64,000 nt of DNA, from positions 256,001-320,000 of the forward strand of contig CAVSPA010000005.1 in assembly GCA_963729715.1 (NCBI GenBank), read 5' to 3'. Positions 52,666-61,496 of this stretch are shown here, piece by piece. The position numbers and the translations under genes were made by a program. Source of the stretch: an uncultured delta proteobacterium (GTDB lineage: Bacteria > Desulfobacterota > Syntrophia > Syntrophales > UBA2185). Each line of letters starts with the position of its first letter. Within the stretch, counting starts at the first letter, position 1. The notes under the pieces are model-generated. The model did no database searches. It saw only the letters and a program-made list of their open reading frames with translations, and had not been told where the DNA came from.

Positions 52666-53241
52666 TTATTGTCCTCCATTGGCGGTTTTCATTATGGTCT
52701 GCGCAAATGCATCTCGCAGGGCGACGATATTGGCAGCAGAAACAGCGCTTGATAATTTAGCCTTCAATCCTTTTTCCATCGCATCAAGAGACACAAGGTT
52801 TGATACCCTGGCAAATGCCCCCAGCATCGTGGTGTTGACAATCGGCTTCCCCTCCCTTATGAGATGGTTTTTGAGGGCAATATTTCCCGCATCAACCGTG
52901 GCTATGCTGATCCTCACGTCAAAATTCAGTTCATCAGGCTTCAAGGGACTGTTGACAATGATAAGCCCCCCTTCTTTGAGCGTTGTCAGAATGTTTACGG
53001 CAGAAAGGAGAGATGAATCCAGAACAACAGATATATCTGCATACTCAATCTGCGAGACCATCCGGACAGGCTCTGACGAGATCCTGGTTGAAGCTGTCAA
53101 CGGGGCACCTCTTCTTTCCGGACCGAAGGTCGGTGCGGATGTGACCCCTTTGAATCCTTGAATATAAGCTGCTTCTGCCAAAATCTGCGCAGCGATGACA
53201 ACGCCCTGACCGCCTCTTCCGTGCCATATTATTTCATGCAT
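52666..53241 (-). CDS. 2-oxoacid:ferredoxin oxidoreductase gamma subunit
   Basis: MHEIIWHGRGGQG, FGPERRGAP, NTTMLGA. Confidence 0.92.
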   Translation of the reverse strand: MHEIIWHGRGGQGVVIAAQILAEAAYIQGFKGVTSAPTFGPERRGAPLTASTRISSEPVRMVSQIEYADISVVLDSSLLSAVNILTTLKEGGLIIVNSPLKPDELNFDVRISIATVDAGNIALKNHLIREGKPIVNTTMLGAFARVSNLVSLDAMEKGLKAKLSSAVSAANIVALRDAFAQTIMKTANGGQ

Positions 53242-53391
53242 ACGGCCTACCTTTATGAATTTAATTACATCAATTTCCAAATGCACATGCACTATTGTCA
53301 TTTCGAGCGGCGAGAGAAATCTTGAGATCACTCATCGCTGACGCTTCATCACAGTTAAGGGTTTCCGCTTGTCCAAAAGCCAGGTTTTATT

Positions 53392-53430
53392 AAAATAAAA
53401 AGGCCATGGATTTTTTTACCCATGGCCTTT
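53392..53430 (-). terminator. intrinsic terminator of the leader attenuator
   Basis: Minus strand AAAGGCCATGGG-TAAAAAAA-TCCATGGCC-TTTTTATTTT. Confidence 0.85.
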
Positions 53431-53450
53431 AGGATGATATAAACGTACTA

Positions 53451-53567
53451 TTATCCTGTCCTAAAAACGACGGGTGACGCGGGTAGCCGCGCCAACAGAA
53501 GAGCGAGGAGGAGCAAGCGAGAATCGCACAAATAAAAAATCTCTCTTCTTATTGATCCAAAGGTCAT
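53451..53567 (-). CDS. leucine-rich leader peptide (38 aa)
   Basis: MTFGSIRREIFYLCDSRLLLLALLLARLPASPVVFRTG*; lies between a promoter and a terminator. Confidence 0.75.
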   Translation of the reverse strand: MTFGSIRREIFYLCDSRLLLLALLLARLPASPVVFRTG

Positions 53568-53598
53568 TTTCAGGAAATCCTGTCCAAGGTTCGCGGAA

Positions 53599-53627
53599 AA
53601 CATAGAATAAATAACAGCAGATGTCAA
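53599..53627 (-). promoter_or_regulatory. sigma70-type promoter for leader and oxidoreductase operon
   Basis: TTGACA, 17 bp, TATGTT on the minus strand. Confidence 0.75.
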
Positions 53628-53649
53628 TAGACAAATCGTAGTCTAATGC

Positions 53650-55377
53650 TCACCTGAATCCCTTCTTCACCGCCATAGCGTTTTTAAGGTTCTCCTGCGC
53701 TAATGCGTAATCCGGGTTGAGACGCAAAGCTTCCCGATAGTTGGCGATGGCCTCATCCAGCTTTCCCTGATAAAATAGCGCGTTTCCCAGATTGTTATGT
53801 GCCTTTGCATAGTCCGGACTGATGCGGATACTTTCACGAAACTGATTAATTGCTTCATCGAGTTTTCCTTGTGAAGCCAGCATTATGCCCAAATTGTAGT
53901 GTGCATCGGCCGGATTGTTGATACTGATAGCCTTCTGGAAGCGGGCAATAGCCTCTTCTCTTTTTCCCTGGAGGGCCAGAGCATAACCCAGGTTATTTTG
54001 CGCCCAGGCATTTGCAGATGTAACCTTTATGGCATGCTCATAAAGGATAATATTATTGCGCCAAAAACCAATCTGGACATACGTCATAATTACACAAGCG
54101 AAAAGAATCCCCACAGCGGCGGTAGTGAGTGCGATTCTTCGATGACGCCAACGATTGAGGAGTTCCGGAGCACCCCAGGCAATCACGATGAATATGCCGA
54201 TAAGTGGCACATAGGTATAGCGATCGGCCATAGACTGCAATCCCACCTGTACAAATCCAATGACGGGGACGAGAGTTCCCAGATACCACAACCACCCAAC
54301 TATAAGATAAGGAAACCGCCTAGCTGTTCGAATAGCCAAATAGGTTATAACCATTAGAACTAAAACGGCCGATATTGCCTGCCATGAGGAAAGCGCAACA
54401 CCGACATAAGGATAAAAGATGGAGAGCTTTACAGGCCACAGCATCTTTCCAATGTAGCTGACATAGGAAATCACCGCATTGGCAATGCGGAGGCCGAGGG
54501 GATACAACTCCATGGGTTTCACGATCCGATGCTGGGCGTAGACTGTTATGAAGCAGAAGAGTATGGTGATAGCAAAAAACGGTATCTTCTCTTTTAGTAA
54601 CGGCCGCATCTCCTGCCACAGGACATGCGATTCTATATTACCCTTGGTATGTACGGTATCCTTGCCGGGCCGCTGCTGCGACTTCTGCTTCTTCTTCGCG
54701 CGGCTTGCCGGCCCAGGTGTTGCGGCAGCATTACGGACACCCGCCGTAGCCATCTGGAGCCGCTTTAGGGGCCAGTAATCCAAAAGCAGCAGGACAACGG
54801 GCAAGGTGACCAACATAGGCTTGGACATGAGACCCAGCAGGAAGAATGCAAGGACAAATAGATACCTCTTATATCCGGGACGTTCCACATAGTAAGCGTA
54901 CGCCCCCATGGTGAACATCCAAAAAAGGGTGGAGAGGACATCCTTCCTTTCAGCGACCCAAGCGACAGATTCTACATGGAGGGGATGCAGCGCAAAAAGC
55001 CCTGCCACAAAGGCACTCTGCCAGAGGGCGTTTGTCATACGGTGGAGAATCAGGAAGAGCAAGAGAGTGTTGGCAATATGAAAGAAGAGGCTGACCAGAT
55101 GATGCGGCCCCGGTTTCAGTCCGAATACCTGACAGTCCAGCATGTGTGAAAGCCATGTAAGTGGGTGCCAATTATGGGCGTGCGGCTCGGAAAAGGCCCA
55201 GGCTATGCCCTTTAGAGTAATCCCGTCCTGTACATAACGGTTCTCTGTCACATAATCGTTATCATCGAACGATATGAACTCGTGGTTTCTGACCTGCCAG
55301 AAGACCGCGACGGTTGTCATTGACAGGGCAATGCAGACTGCCAATACTAAATAGTTTCTATTTATCTGACTTGTCAT
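53650..55377 (-). CDS. TMTC-like GT-C/TPR membrane protein (copy 2)
   Basis: FISFDD, WHPLTW, HPLHVESVAWVAERKD, ADRYTY, TPRs. Confidence 0.85.
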   Translation of the reverse strand: MTSQINRNYLVLAVCIALSMTTVAVFWQVRNHEFISFDDNDYVTENRYVQDGITLKGIAWAFSEPHAHNWHPLTWLSHMLDCQVFGLKPGPHHLVSLFFHIANTLLLFLILHRMTNALWQSAFVAGLFALHPLHVESVAWVAERKDVLSTLFWMFTMGAYAYYVERPGYKRYLFVLAFFLLGLMSKPMLVTLPVVLLLLDYWPLKRLQMATAGVRNAAATPGPASRAKKKQKSQQRPGKDTVHTKGNIESHVLWQEMRPLLKEKIPFFAITILFCFITVYAQHRIVKPMELYPLGLRIANAVISYVSYIGKMLWPVKLSIFYPYVGVALSSWQAISAVLVLMVITYLAIRTARRFPYLIVGWLWYLGTLVPVIGFVQVGLQSMADRYTYVPLIGIFIVIAWGAPELLNRWRHRRIALTTAAVGILFACVIMTYVQIGFWRNNIILYEHAIKVTSANAWAQNNLGYALALQGKREEAIARFQKAISINNPADAHYNLGIMLASQGKLDEAINQFRESIRISPDYAKAHNNLGNALFYQGKLDEAIANYREALRLNPDYALAQENLKNAMAVKKGFR

Positions 55378-55396
55378 CTTTCAGCCGTAATGAGAT

Positions 55397-57343
55397 TCAT
55401 TGCTTTCTATTATGCATCGCAAGGGCATTCTTCATGTTGTCCTTTGCCAGCTTGAAGTCGGGGTTAATTCGCAGGGCCGCACGGTAACTGTCAATGGCTC
55501 CGTCAATCTCCCCCTGCGAAAGCAAGGCACTTCCCAGATTGTTATGGGCATCTGCCAAATCAGGCTTGAGTCTGATGGCCTCCCGAAAGTGGGTGATGGC
55601 TTCGCCTTCTTTACCCAGTAGGGCCAGGACGTAACCGAGGTTATTTTGATATTCTGCAGAGCGAGGTTTAAGTCTCACAGCCTCCTTGAGTTGGACAACA
55701 GCTTCTGTCAAATTACCCCCGCGAGCCAAGGCATTACCCAAGTTATAATGTCCATTCGAGTGATCCGGATTGATCATCAAGGTTTCCTTGTAGTCTGCAA
55801 TGGCCCTTTTATAATCGCCCAGATTGACCCTTGCGTTTCCCCGATTGTAATAGGCATCATAAAACCGCGGGTTCAACTTAATCGCCTTATCGTAATACGT
55901 TAGCGCCTCGGACGCATTTCCCGCATCGGCCAGCGCCTTCCCATAATTGCTTAACGGCCTCGGTTTATTCGGAGATTTCTTCAGACAATCGGCCCAGAGG
56001 GTATAATCACTTTTCCAGACCTTATTGCGCTCATAGGTCAATACGGTGTTTGTTAAGATCAGTAAAAACAGCGCTCCCACTGAGACCTGCCTGTACCAAT
56101 CCCATATGAAGTAAAAGACCACTGCAGTCAGCACAAGAAAAAACCCAAAACCGGGTAGGTATGTCCGATGTTCAAATATGACATTCTGGGAAATCGGGAT
56201 AATACTTGATTCTACGGACAGGGTTAAAAAACCCCAGAATATCCCAAAGGAAATAAGCCGATACCTCCGGAAAAGCAGTATGCCGAGAACAAAAATCCCG
56301 GCCAGGGATAACAGGCCCAAGAGCGTATGCCATTCAAAAAAGCTATGCGAGATCGGATAATCATAATCCAGATTCTGATTTACGGGTAGTATGAATAGCC
56401 TCATATATGTCAGTATAACGCTAAACTGTGTGATGAGATATTCCCAAGCGGTTATGGGATAATCGTAGCCTTGGTGAAGAAGAGGCGGTATGGGGTTAAA
56501 TATCTCGAATGAGAAATTGAGGAAAAAAAGGACAATGAAAATCCCGAGGATGGTGATAGGAATCTGAATGCCCCTGTCTTTTAAATCGATCTTCCATGCA
56601 TCGGTCCTTATAAAGCTGAACTCGTACAAAACAAGGGCGAAGGGTAGTGTAAAAACGATCTCCTTGGTCAGCATCCCTAAGACCGCGCAAAATAGGGCGC
56701 CCGCATAGTAAAAGAAAACCTGTGTGCCTCTATTTCCCTCCCCAAGTCTGCCCTTCACATACAACGCCAGCGACAACAGATAAAACAGCGTGGCCAGTGA
56801 AGCCAGCCGTTGCACGATGTACGTGACCGATTGGGTTGCCAGGGGATGGGATACGAACAACAAGGCGGTAAATAGGGCCATTGCTCCTTTATGTCGGCTT
56901 ATCGGCTGAGCCCTCATTACAGGCGTTGCCATCGTCAGCAGTACGAGCCACCATACCAATATGGCATTGACAATATGTATCGCCAGATTAACGAGGTGGT
57001 ATCCCCACACATCAAGCCCATGAAAATAATAATTCAAGGCAAATGATAGATACCCTATGGGACGACTGGGGTAAAACCCCCACCAGGCTTGAACGTCGGA
57101 GAGATTCCGTACGGCGATATTCTCCTCAATGGTTGGGACATCATCAAAATGAAAAGAGCAATCAAACGAGTTGGAATACGCTGTTACGCCCACGAGACAA
57201 ATAAGCAGTATAGATATCAGAGTCCAGGGGACGCTTCTGTTCTTAACTTGTTCTTTTCCCTTACTGGGAAAATCACTTATCTTCTTTTTCGTAGTCTTCG
57301 ACGTCCGTCTATTACCCACGCTACCTCCGACGGTCTTTTTCAA
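55397..57343 (-). CDS. TMTC-like GT-C/TPR membrane protein (copy 3, divergent subfamily)
   Basis: FHFDD, RP, HPLATQSVTYIVQR, TKE, DYDYP, EHRTYLP, TPRs. Confidence 0.85.
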   Translation of the reverse strand: MKKTVGGSVGNRRTSKTTKKKISDFPSKGKEQVKNRSVPWTLISILLICLVGVTAYSNSFDCSFHFDDVPTIEENIAVRNLSDVQAWWGFYPSRPIGYLSFALNYYFHGLDVWGYHLVNLAIHIVNAILVWWLVLLTMATPVMRAQPISRHKGAMALFTALLFVSHPLATQSVTYIVQRLASLATLFYLLSLALYVKGRLGEGNRGTQVFFYYAGALFCAVLGMLTKEIVFTLPFALVLYEFSFIRTDAWKIDLKDRGIQIPITILGIFIVLFFLNFSFEIFNPIPPLLHQGYDYPITAWEYLITQFSVILTYMRLFILPVNQNLDYDYPISHSFFEWHTLLGLLSLAGIFVLGILLFRRYRLISFGIFWGFLTLSVESSIIPISQNVIFEHRTYLPGFGFFLVLTAVVFYFIWDWYRQVSVGALFLLILTNTVLTYERNKVWKSDYTLWADCLKKSPNKPRPLSNYGKALADAGNASEALTYYDKAIKLNPRFYDAYYNRGNARVNLGDYKRAIADYKETLMINPDHSNGHYNLGNALARGGNLTEAVVQLKEAVRLKPRSAEYQNNLGYVLALLGKEGEAITHFREAIRLKPDLADAHNNLGSALLSQGEIDGAIDSYRAALRINPDFKLAKDNMKNALAMHNRKQ

Positions 57344-57523
57344 CGATAGAGAGAACTAATAAATACGCGATAGTTGAGCAAAACAACTGTGATGTCCAAC
57401 GAACTTACTCTAAAATGATGCCAGCAGGCAAGAATTACGAAAAGATCATGACGAACATTTAATTTTTTTGTCCACGTTCTTGAAACATCAAACCTCCGTT
57501 ATAAGCAGAGCAGTACACAAAGA

Positions 57524-59482
57524 TCATCTCTTCCTCCTCCGCTGAGCAAGAGCATCCTCGAGGTTTTTTTGTGCAAGCGCATAGTCCGGTTTGAGAAGTA
57601 ATGCTTGCTGAAAACTGCGAATGGCTTCATCAATCCCGCCCTGTAAAAACAAGGTGTGTCCCAGATTGTTGTATGCTTTTGCATAGTCCGGCTTGACGCG
57701 GATAGCTTCCCGAAAGTGATAAATGGCTCCACCGAAGTCACCGCGTGAGAGCAGCATAGTACCTACATTATAATGCACCTCCGCCGAAGCATCTGACATC
57801 ACCGAGCGCAAATCCGATTTGATCTCGAGTGCCTTGGAAAAAACTGCCATTGCTTCAGTGAATTTCCCTTGCGAAGCCAGGGCCTCTCCCAGATTTACAT
57901 AGGCTTTTATGTAATTCGGGTTAATCCGGATTGCCTCACCATAATGACTGATAGCTTCTTCGATACGGCCTTGTTCTTGCAGGGATATGCCGAGGTTATT
58001 GTTTTCCTCGTAGCAATTTGGACAAATCCGGACGGCTTCGGAATAATGATGGATGGCCTCTTCAAATTTTCCCTGCGTGAGCAAACTATGCCCCAAATTG
58101 CTGTGAGCAGTATAGTTATTTGTTGTCACGTCGATGGCATGTGTAAACAGGGTAATGCTGTTTTGCCAGTACTGCACCTGTTTCCAGGAAACGAATGAGA
58201 GGATGCAAATTATGATGACAGCAAGTGTTGCAAGAGCAGCATTCATATGTCGCCATTTCTTTATAAGCTCAGGCACTCCCCAGGCAACCATGATTAGAAT
58301 GCCGATAATGGGTACGTAGGTGTAACGGTCCGCCATGGCCTGCACGCCAACTTGGACAAGACCTATAACGGGAACCAGTGTCCCCAGATACCAGAGCCAC
58401 CCTGTCGTGAGATATGGGTAGCGCTTCGCGGTCCAAAGAATCAAGTACGTTGCAATGATAAGAAAGAGGACTGCCCCAATGATCTCCCAAGTCGGAAGCC
58501 TGCCGGGGTAAGGATAAAGAACCGCAAGATTTGCGGGCCAGACTATCTTCCCAATATAACTGCAGTAAGAGACAATGGCATTTGCAATGCGGGCGGACAA
58601 GGGATAGCTTTGTAGAGAACCCATCGCCCCGCTTTTCTGCTGCGCTATGTATGTCACTATACTAAGTGCCAGAGAAAGAACAAAGAATGGAACCTTTTCC
58701 AGTATAATATGGCCGATGGCAGGCTGTTGCTGGCTCTGCTTCGCGGTCTTGTCTGCCTGCTTTGGCTTCTGTCTATTCCTTACACGTTCCTTTTTCTTGC
58801 CTTGTGTGTTCAGAGATTCTTCAGATTGCGTGTGCTTATCTACTGACGGTTTCCCTATTGTCACGCGACGGAGGGGCCAGTAATCAAGAAGGAGCAGGAC
58901 AAAAGGAAGTGTGACTACCATGGGTTTGGCCATGAGGCCCAGGGAAAAGAAGAGAAGAGTGAGAAGATACCTCTTTAGCTCTCGCCTTTCAACATAGAAA
59001 GCATAAGCCCCCATGGTGAGCAGCCAAAAAAATGTGGAGAGGACGTCTTTGCGCTCGGCAACCCAGGCAACAGACTCCACATGGAGAGGATGAATGGCGA
59101 AGATAGCGGCTACAAAGGCGCTTTGCCACAGGAACTTCGTCATCCGGTGAAGTATGAGGAATAGCAAAAGCGAATTTGCGATATGAAAGAGAAGATTAAC
59201 GATGTGGTAGCCTGTCGGGTTCAGCCTGAACAAGTCGTAGTCCAGCATATAGGATACCCATGTAAGCGGATGCCAGTATCCTGTATAACTGGTCGTCAAT
59301 GCCCAGCGAATTCCCCCTGTCGTGATACCATTCTTTACATAACTGTTTTCCGTCACGTATTCATTATCATCGTAATTTGTGAAATCACAATGATTGACCT
59401 GCCAGTAAATGGCAAAGGCGGTAATCGCCAGAAAGACGCAGACGTATACTGTGCGGTGATTGTCACTTAATCTATTCATCAT
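57524..59482 (-). CDS. TMTC-like GT-C/TPR membrane protein (copy 4)
   Basis: FTNYDD, WHPLTW, HPLHVESVAWVAERKD, ADRYTY, TPRs; ATGA overlap with the hflX stop. Confidence 0.85.
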   Translation of the reverse strand: MMNRLSDNHRTVYVCVFLAITAFAIYWQVNHCDFTNYDDNEYVTENSYVKNGITTGGIRWALTTSYTGYWHPLTWVSYMLDYDLFRLNPTGYHIVNLLFHIANSLLLFLILHRMTKFLWQSAFVAAIFAIHPLHVESVAWVAERKDVLSTFFWLLTMGAYAFYVERRELKRYLLTLLFFSLGLMAKPMVVTLPFVLLLLDYWPLRRVTIGKPSVDKHTQSEESLNTQGKKKERVRNRQKPKQADKTAKQSQQQPAIGHIILEKVPFFVLSLALSIVTYIAQQKSGAMGSLQSYPLSARIANAIVSYCSYIGKIVWPANLAVLYPYPGRLPTWEIIGAVLFLIIATYLILWTAKRYPYLTTGWLWYLGTLVPVIGLVQVGVQAMADRYTYVPIIGILIMVAWGVPELIKKWRHMNAALATLAVIIICILSFVSWKQVQYWQNSITLFTHAIDVTTNNYTAHSNLGHSLLTQGKFEEAIHHYSEAVRICPNCYEENNNLGISLQEQGRIEEAISHYGEAIRINPNYIKAYVNLGEALASQGKFTEAMAVFSKALEIKSDLRSVMSDASAEVHYNVGTMLLSRGDFGGAIYHFREAIRVKPDYAKAYNNLGHTLFLQGGIDEAIRSFQQALLLKPDYALAQKNLEDALAQRRRKR

Positions 59483-61146
59483 AGGAGGGGCGATCTTGAT
59501 TCTATAGGATTCATCCTCGGGCGGGTTTTATTGATCATCGCCTCCATCCTTTCTGCGAGTGGGGGAAGTGTTTTCGTATTCAGGGCTGATATGGCTATGG
59601 CATCAAACCTTTGACAGAGGTTTTGCAGCGTTGCTTTGTCGGAGAAACGATCTTTCTTGTTGAAGACAAGAAGGGTGGGCTTCCCGATAATCGCAAGCTC
59701 CTCCAGGATTTTCTCAACTGCCGCTATATGGCTTTCAAAATTTTGGTTGCTTATATCAATTACATGCATAAGAACGTCGGCTTCATGGAGTTCATCAAGG
59801 GTGGCCCGAAAAGCGGCGAAGAGGTCCCGGGGAAGGTCTCGTATAAAGCCTACCGTGTCGGTGATGATGGCCTCCGTATCGCGTGGAAATCGGAGCCTCG
59901 AGCTTTTTGGATCAAGGGTTGCAAACAGGCGATCCTCCGTAAAGACGCTGCTTTTTGTGAGCGTATTCAAGAGCGTCGATTTCCCGGCATTGGTGTACCC
60001 GACGATAGATACTACGGGAAGTCCCATTCTTCCCCGTTTAACGCGACGTTGTTCCCTGGCCCTTTCGATATCATGCAGTTCACGTTCCAGCCGGTGGATT
60101 CGATCCCTCACACGGCGGCGGTTTATCTCGAGTTTGGTCTCTCCCGGCCCCCTACCGCCGATACCTCCCGTGAGCCTCGACATGGCCGTATTTTTTGTCA
60201 CGAGCCTAGGGAGGAGGTACTTCAACTGTGCAAGCTCTACCTGGAGCTTGCCCTCTCTGCTGTGGGCACGACGGGCGAAGATATCGAGAATGACCTGCGT
60301 GCGGTCGATAACTTTCATCTCTGTAAAATCAGTAATGGATCTGAGCTGTGCCGGTTGCAGTTCGTGGTCGAAGATTAGAAGATTAGCCCCTATCTGCATG
60401 GCCCTGATGACGAGCTCCGACATTCTCCCTCTGCCAAGGACGAATCGAGGATCTATCTGATCACGGTACTGGATGATGCTGTCGAAGACTTCAACCCCGC
60501 AGGAGCGGGCAAGCTCCTTCAACTCATCCAAGGAGCCCCGGCTGTCGACAAGGGGACTCGTTTCCACGCGGATCAGTATGGCGCGGTCAGTAGAATCTAC
60601 CTTCCTCGTCATCTGTTTTTTTGCAAATTCTCTCTCCAAGGCCTGAATGAAGGCGAGAAAATTGAGGTCCATCTCCGACGGACGCGCCTTTTCCATGATA
60701 AGCCAGTACCTGCCATCGGGGTTTTCCGGAATCAGATGGGCAGTGTGGGCATAACCAGGAAGTCCATCCTCTCCCGTCTCCACGGCTGAGATTAGATCGA
60801 AGCGGAGTAGAGCCAGGTCCGTGAGGTCATCACTAGTGAGTCCCTCACCGTTTAGATGGGTATGGATTAGGCGAAGGCCCTTGAAACGCGTGGAAGAAGA
60901 ACGGAAGCCGTCGAGTCCGGGAATCATGATGTCTTTGGGTGAGCCGGCGATTACGTATGCGACCTCGCCTCTGCGGCTGATCAGGATGCCTATCTGACGG
61001 TTGATTTCTCGTGAAATGGATGTGAGTTGTCTCGCCAGTTCGTAGGTGATGATACGTTCCGGCGGTACTTTCCTCCGGTAGAGTTGACCGATCCTCCTTA
61101 TCTGTTCTGCTCCGAGACCGGTCAGATTGCCATAGACTTTATTGAT
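59479..61146 (-). CDS. hflX: GTPase HflX, long form; probable ATC start at 61146
   Basis: ILDIFARRA, GGRGPGETKLE, GYTNAGKST, LFATLD, DTVGF; the frame stays open for 73 codons upstream of ATG 60927. Confidence 0.93.
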   Translation of the reverse strand: MNKVYGNLTGLGAEQIRRIGQLYRRKVPPERIITYELARQLTSISREINRQIGILISRRGEVAYVIAGSPKDIMIPGLDGFRSSSTRFKGLRLIHTHLNGEGLTSDDLTDLALLRFDLISAVETGEDGLPGYAHTAHLIPENPDGRYWLIMEKARPSEMDLNFLAFIQALEREFAKKQMTRKVDSTDRAILIRVETSPLVDSRGSLDELKELARSCGVEVFDSIIQYRDQIDPRFVLGRGRMSELVIRAMQIGANLLIFDHELQPAQLRSITDFTEMKVIDRTQVILDIFARRAHSREGKLQVELAQLKYLLPRLVTKNTAMSRLTGGIGGRGPGETKLEINRRRVRDRIHRLERELHDIERAREQRRVKRGRMGLPVVSIVGYTNAGKSTLLNTLTKSSVFTEDRLFATLDPKSSRLRFPRDTEAIITDTVGFIRDLPRDLFAAFRATLDELHEADVLMHVIDISNQNFESHIAAVEKILEELAIIGKPTLLVFNKKDRFSDKATLQNLCQRFDAIAISALNTKTLPPLAERMEAMINKTRPRMNPIESRSPLL

Positions 61147-61168
61147 TGCCTGCCCCCTTGCTTTCCGC

Positions 61169-61363
61169 TTAACGCGTTGCCATTCTCCTCGCTAGACGTT
61201 CTTCAAATCTCTCCCGGCTGTGGAAACTGGTTCGTCCTATCAATTTTCTGGGATTCATCGCCCCGCATGTAGGACAGGTGACGCTTTCCTGATCTTCACT
61301 TACCTTCATGAAGCATTCGAAGATATGCTTGCAAGCGCTGCATTCAAATTCATAGATGGGCAT
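61169..61363 (-). CDS. FmdB-family zinc-ribbon protein
   Basis: MPIYEFECSACKHIFE..CPTCG. Confidence 0.88.
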   Translation of the reverse strand: MPIYEFECSACKHIFECFMKVSEDQESVTCPTCGAMNPRKLIGRTSFHSRERFEERLARRMATR

Positions 61364-61435
61364 GGGAAATTCCTACTTCTTCATTTTGCAAAAAATTACC
61401 ACACTCACATGATATGGGTCAAGTAATTTTAGGCA

Positions 61436-61472
61436 AAGAAAAAGCCCCGGAAGGGCATCCCTCCGGGGCTTT
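61436..61472 (-). terminator. intrinsic terminator after the porin gene
   Basis: Minus strand AAAGCCCCGGAGGG-ATG-CCCTTCCGGGGC-TTTTTCTTT. Confidence 0.85.
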
Positions 61473-61496
61473 AAGATGCAACTGATAACTACCGGA

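Noticed and set aside
53242..53331. N-terminal extension MISRFLSPLEMT of the gamma subunit
   Set aside because: It derives from a REP-like repeat; the family-typical start is MHEIIWHGRGGQG at 53241.
60927..61146. Frameshift or pseudogene explanation for the missing hflX start
   Set aside because: The frame is continuous and an SD sits at the right distance from ATC; no alternate-frame ATG is needed.
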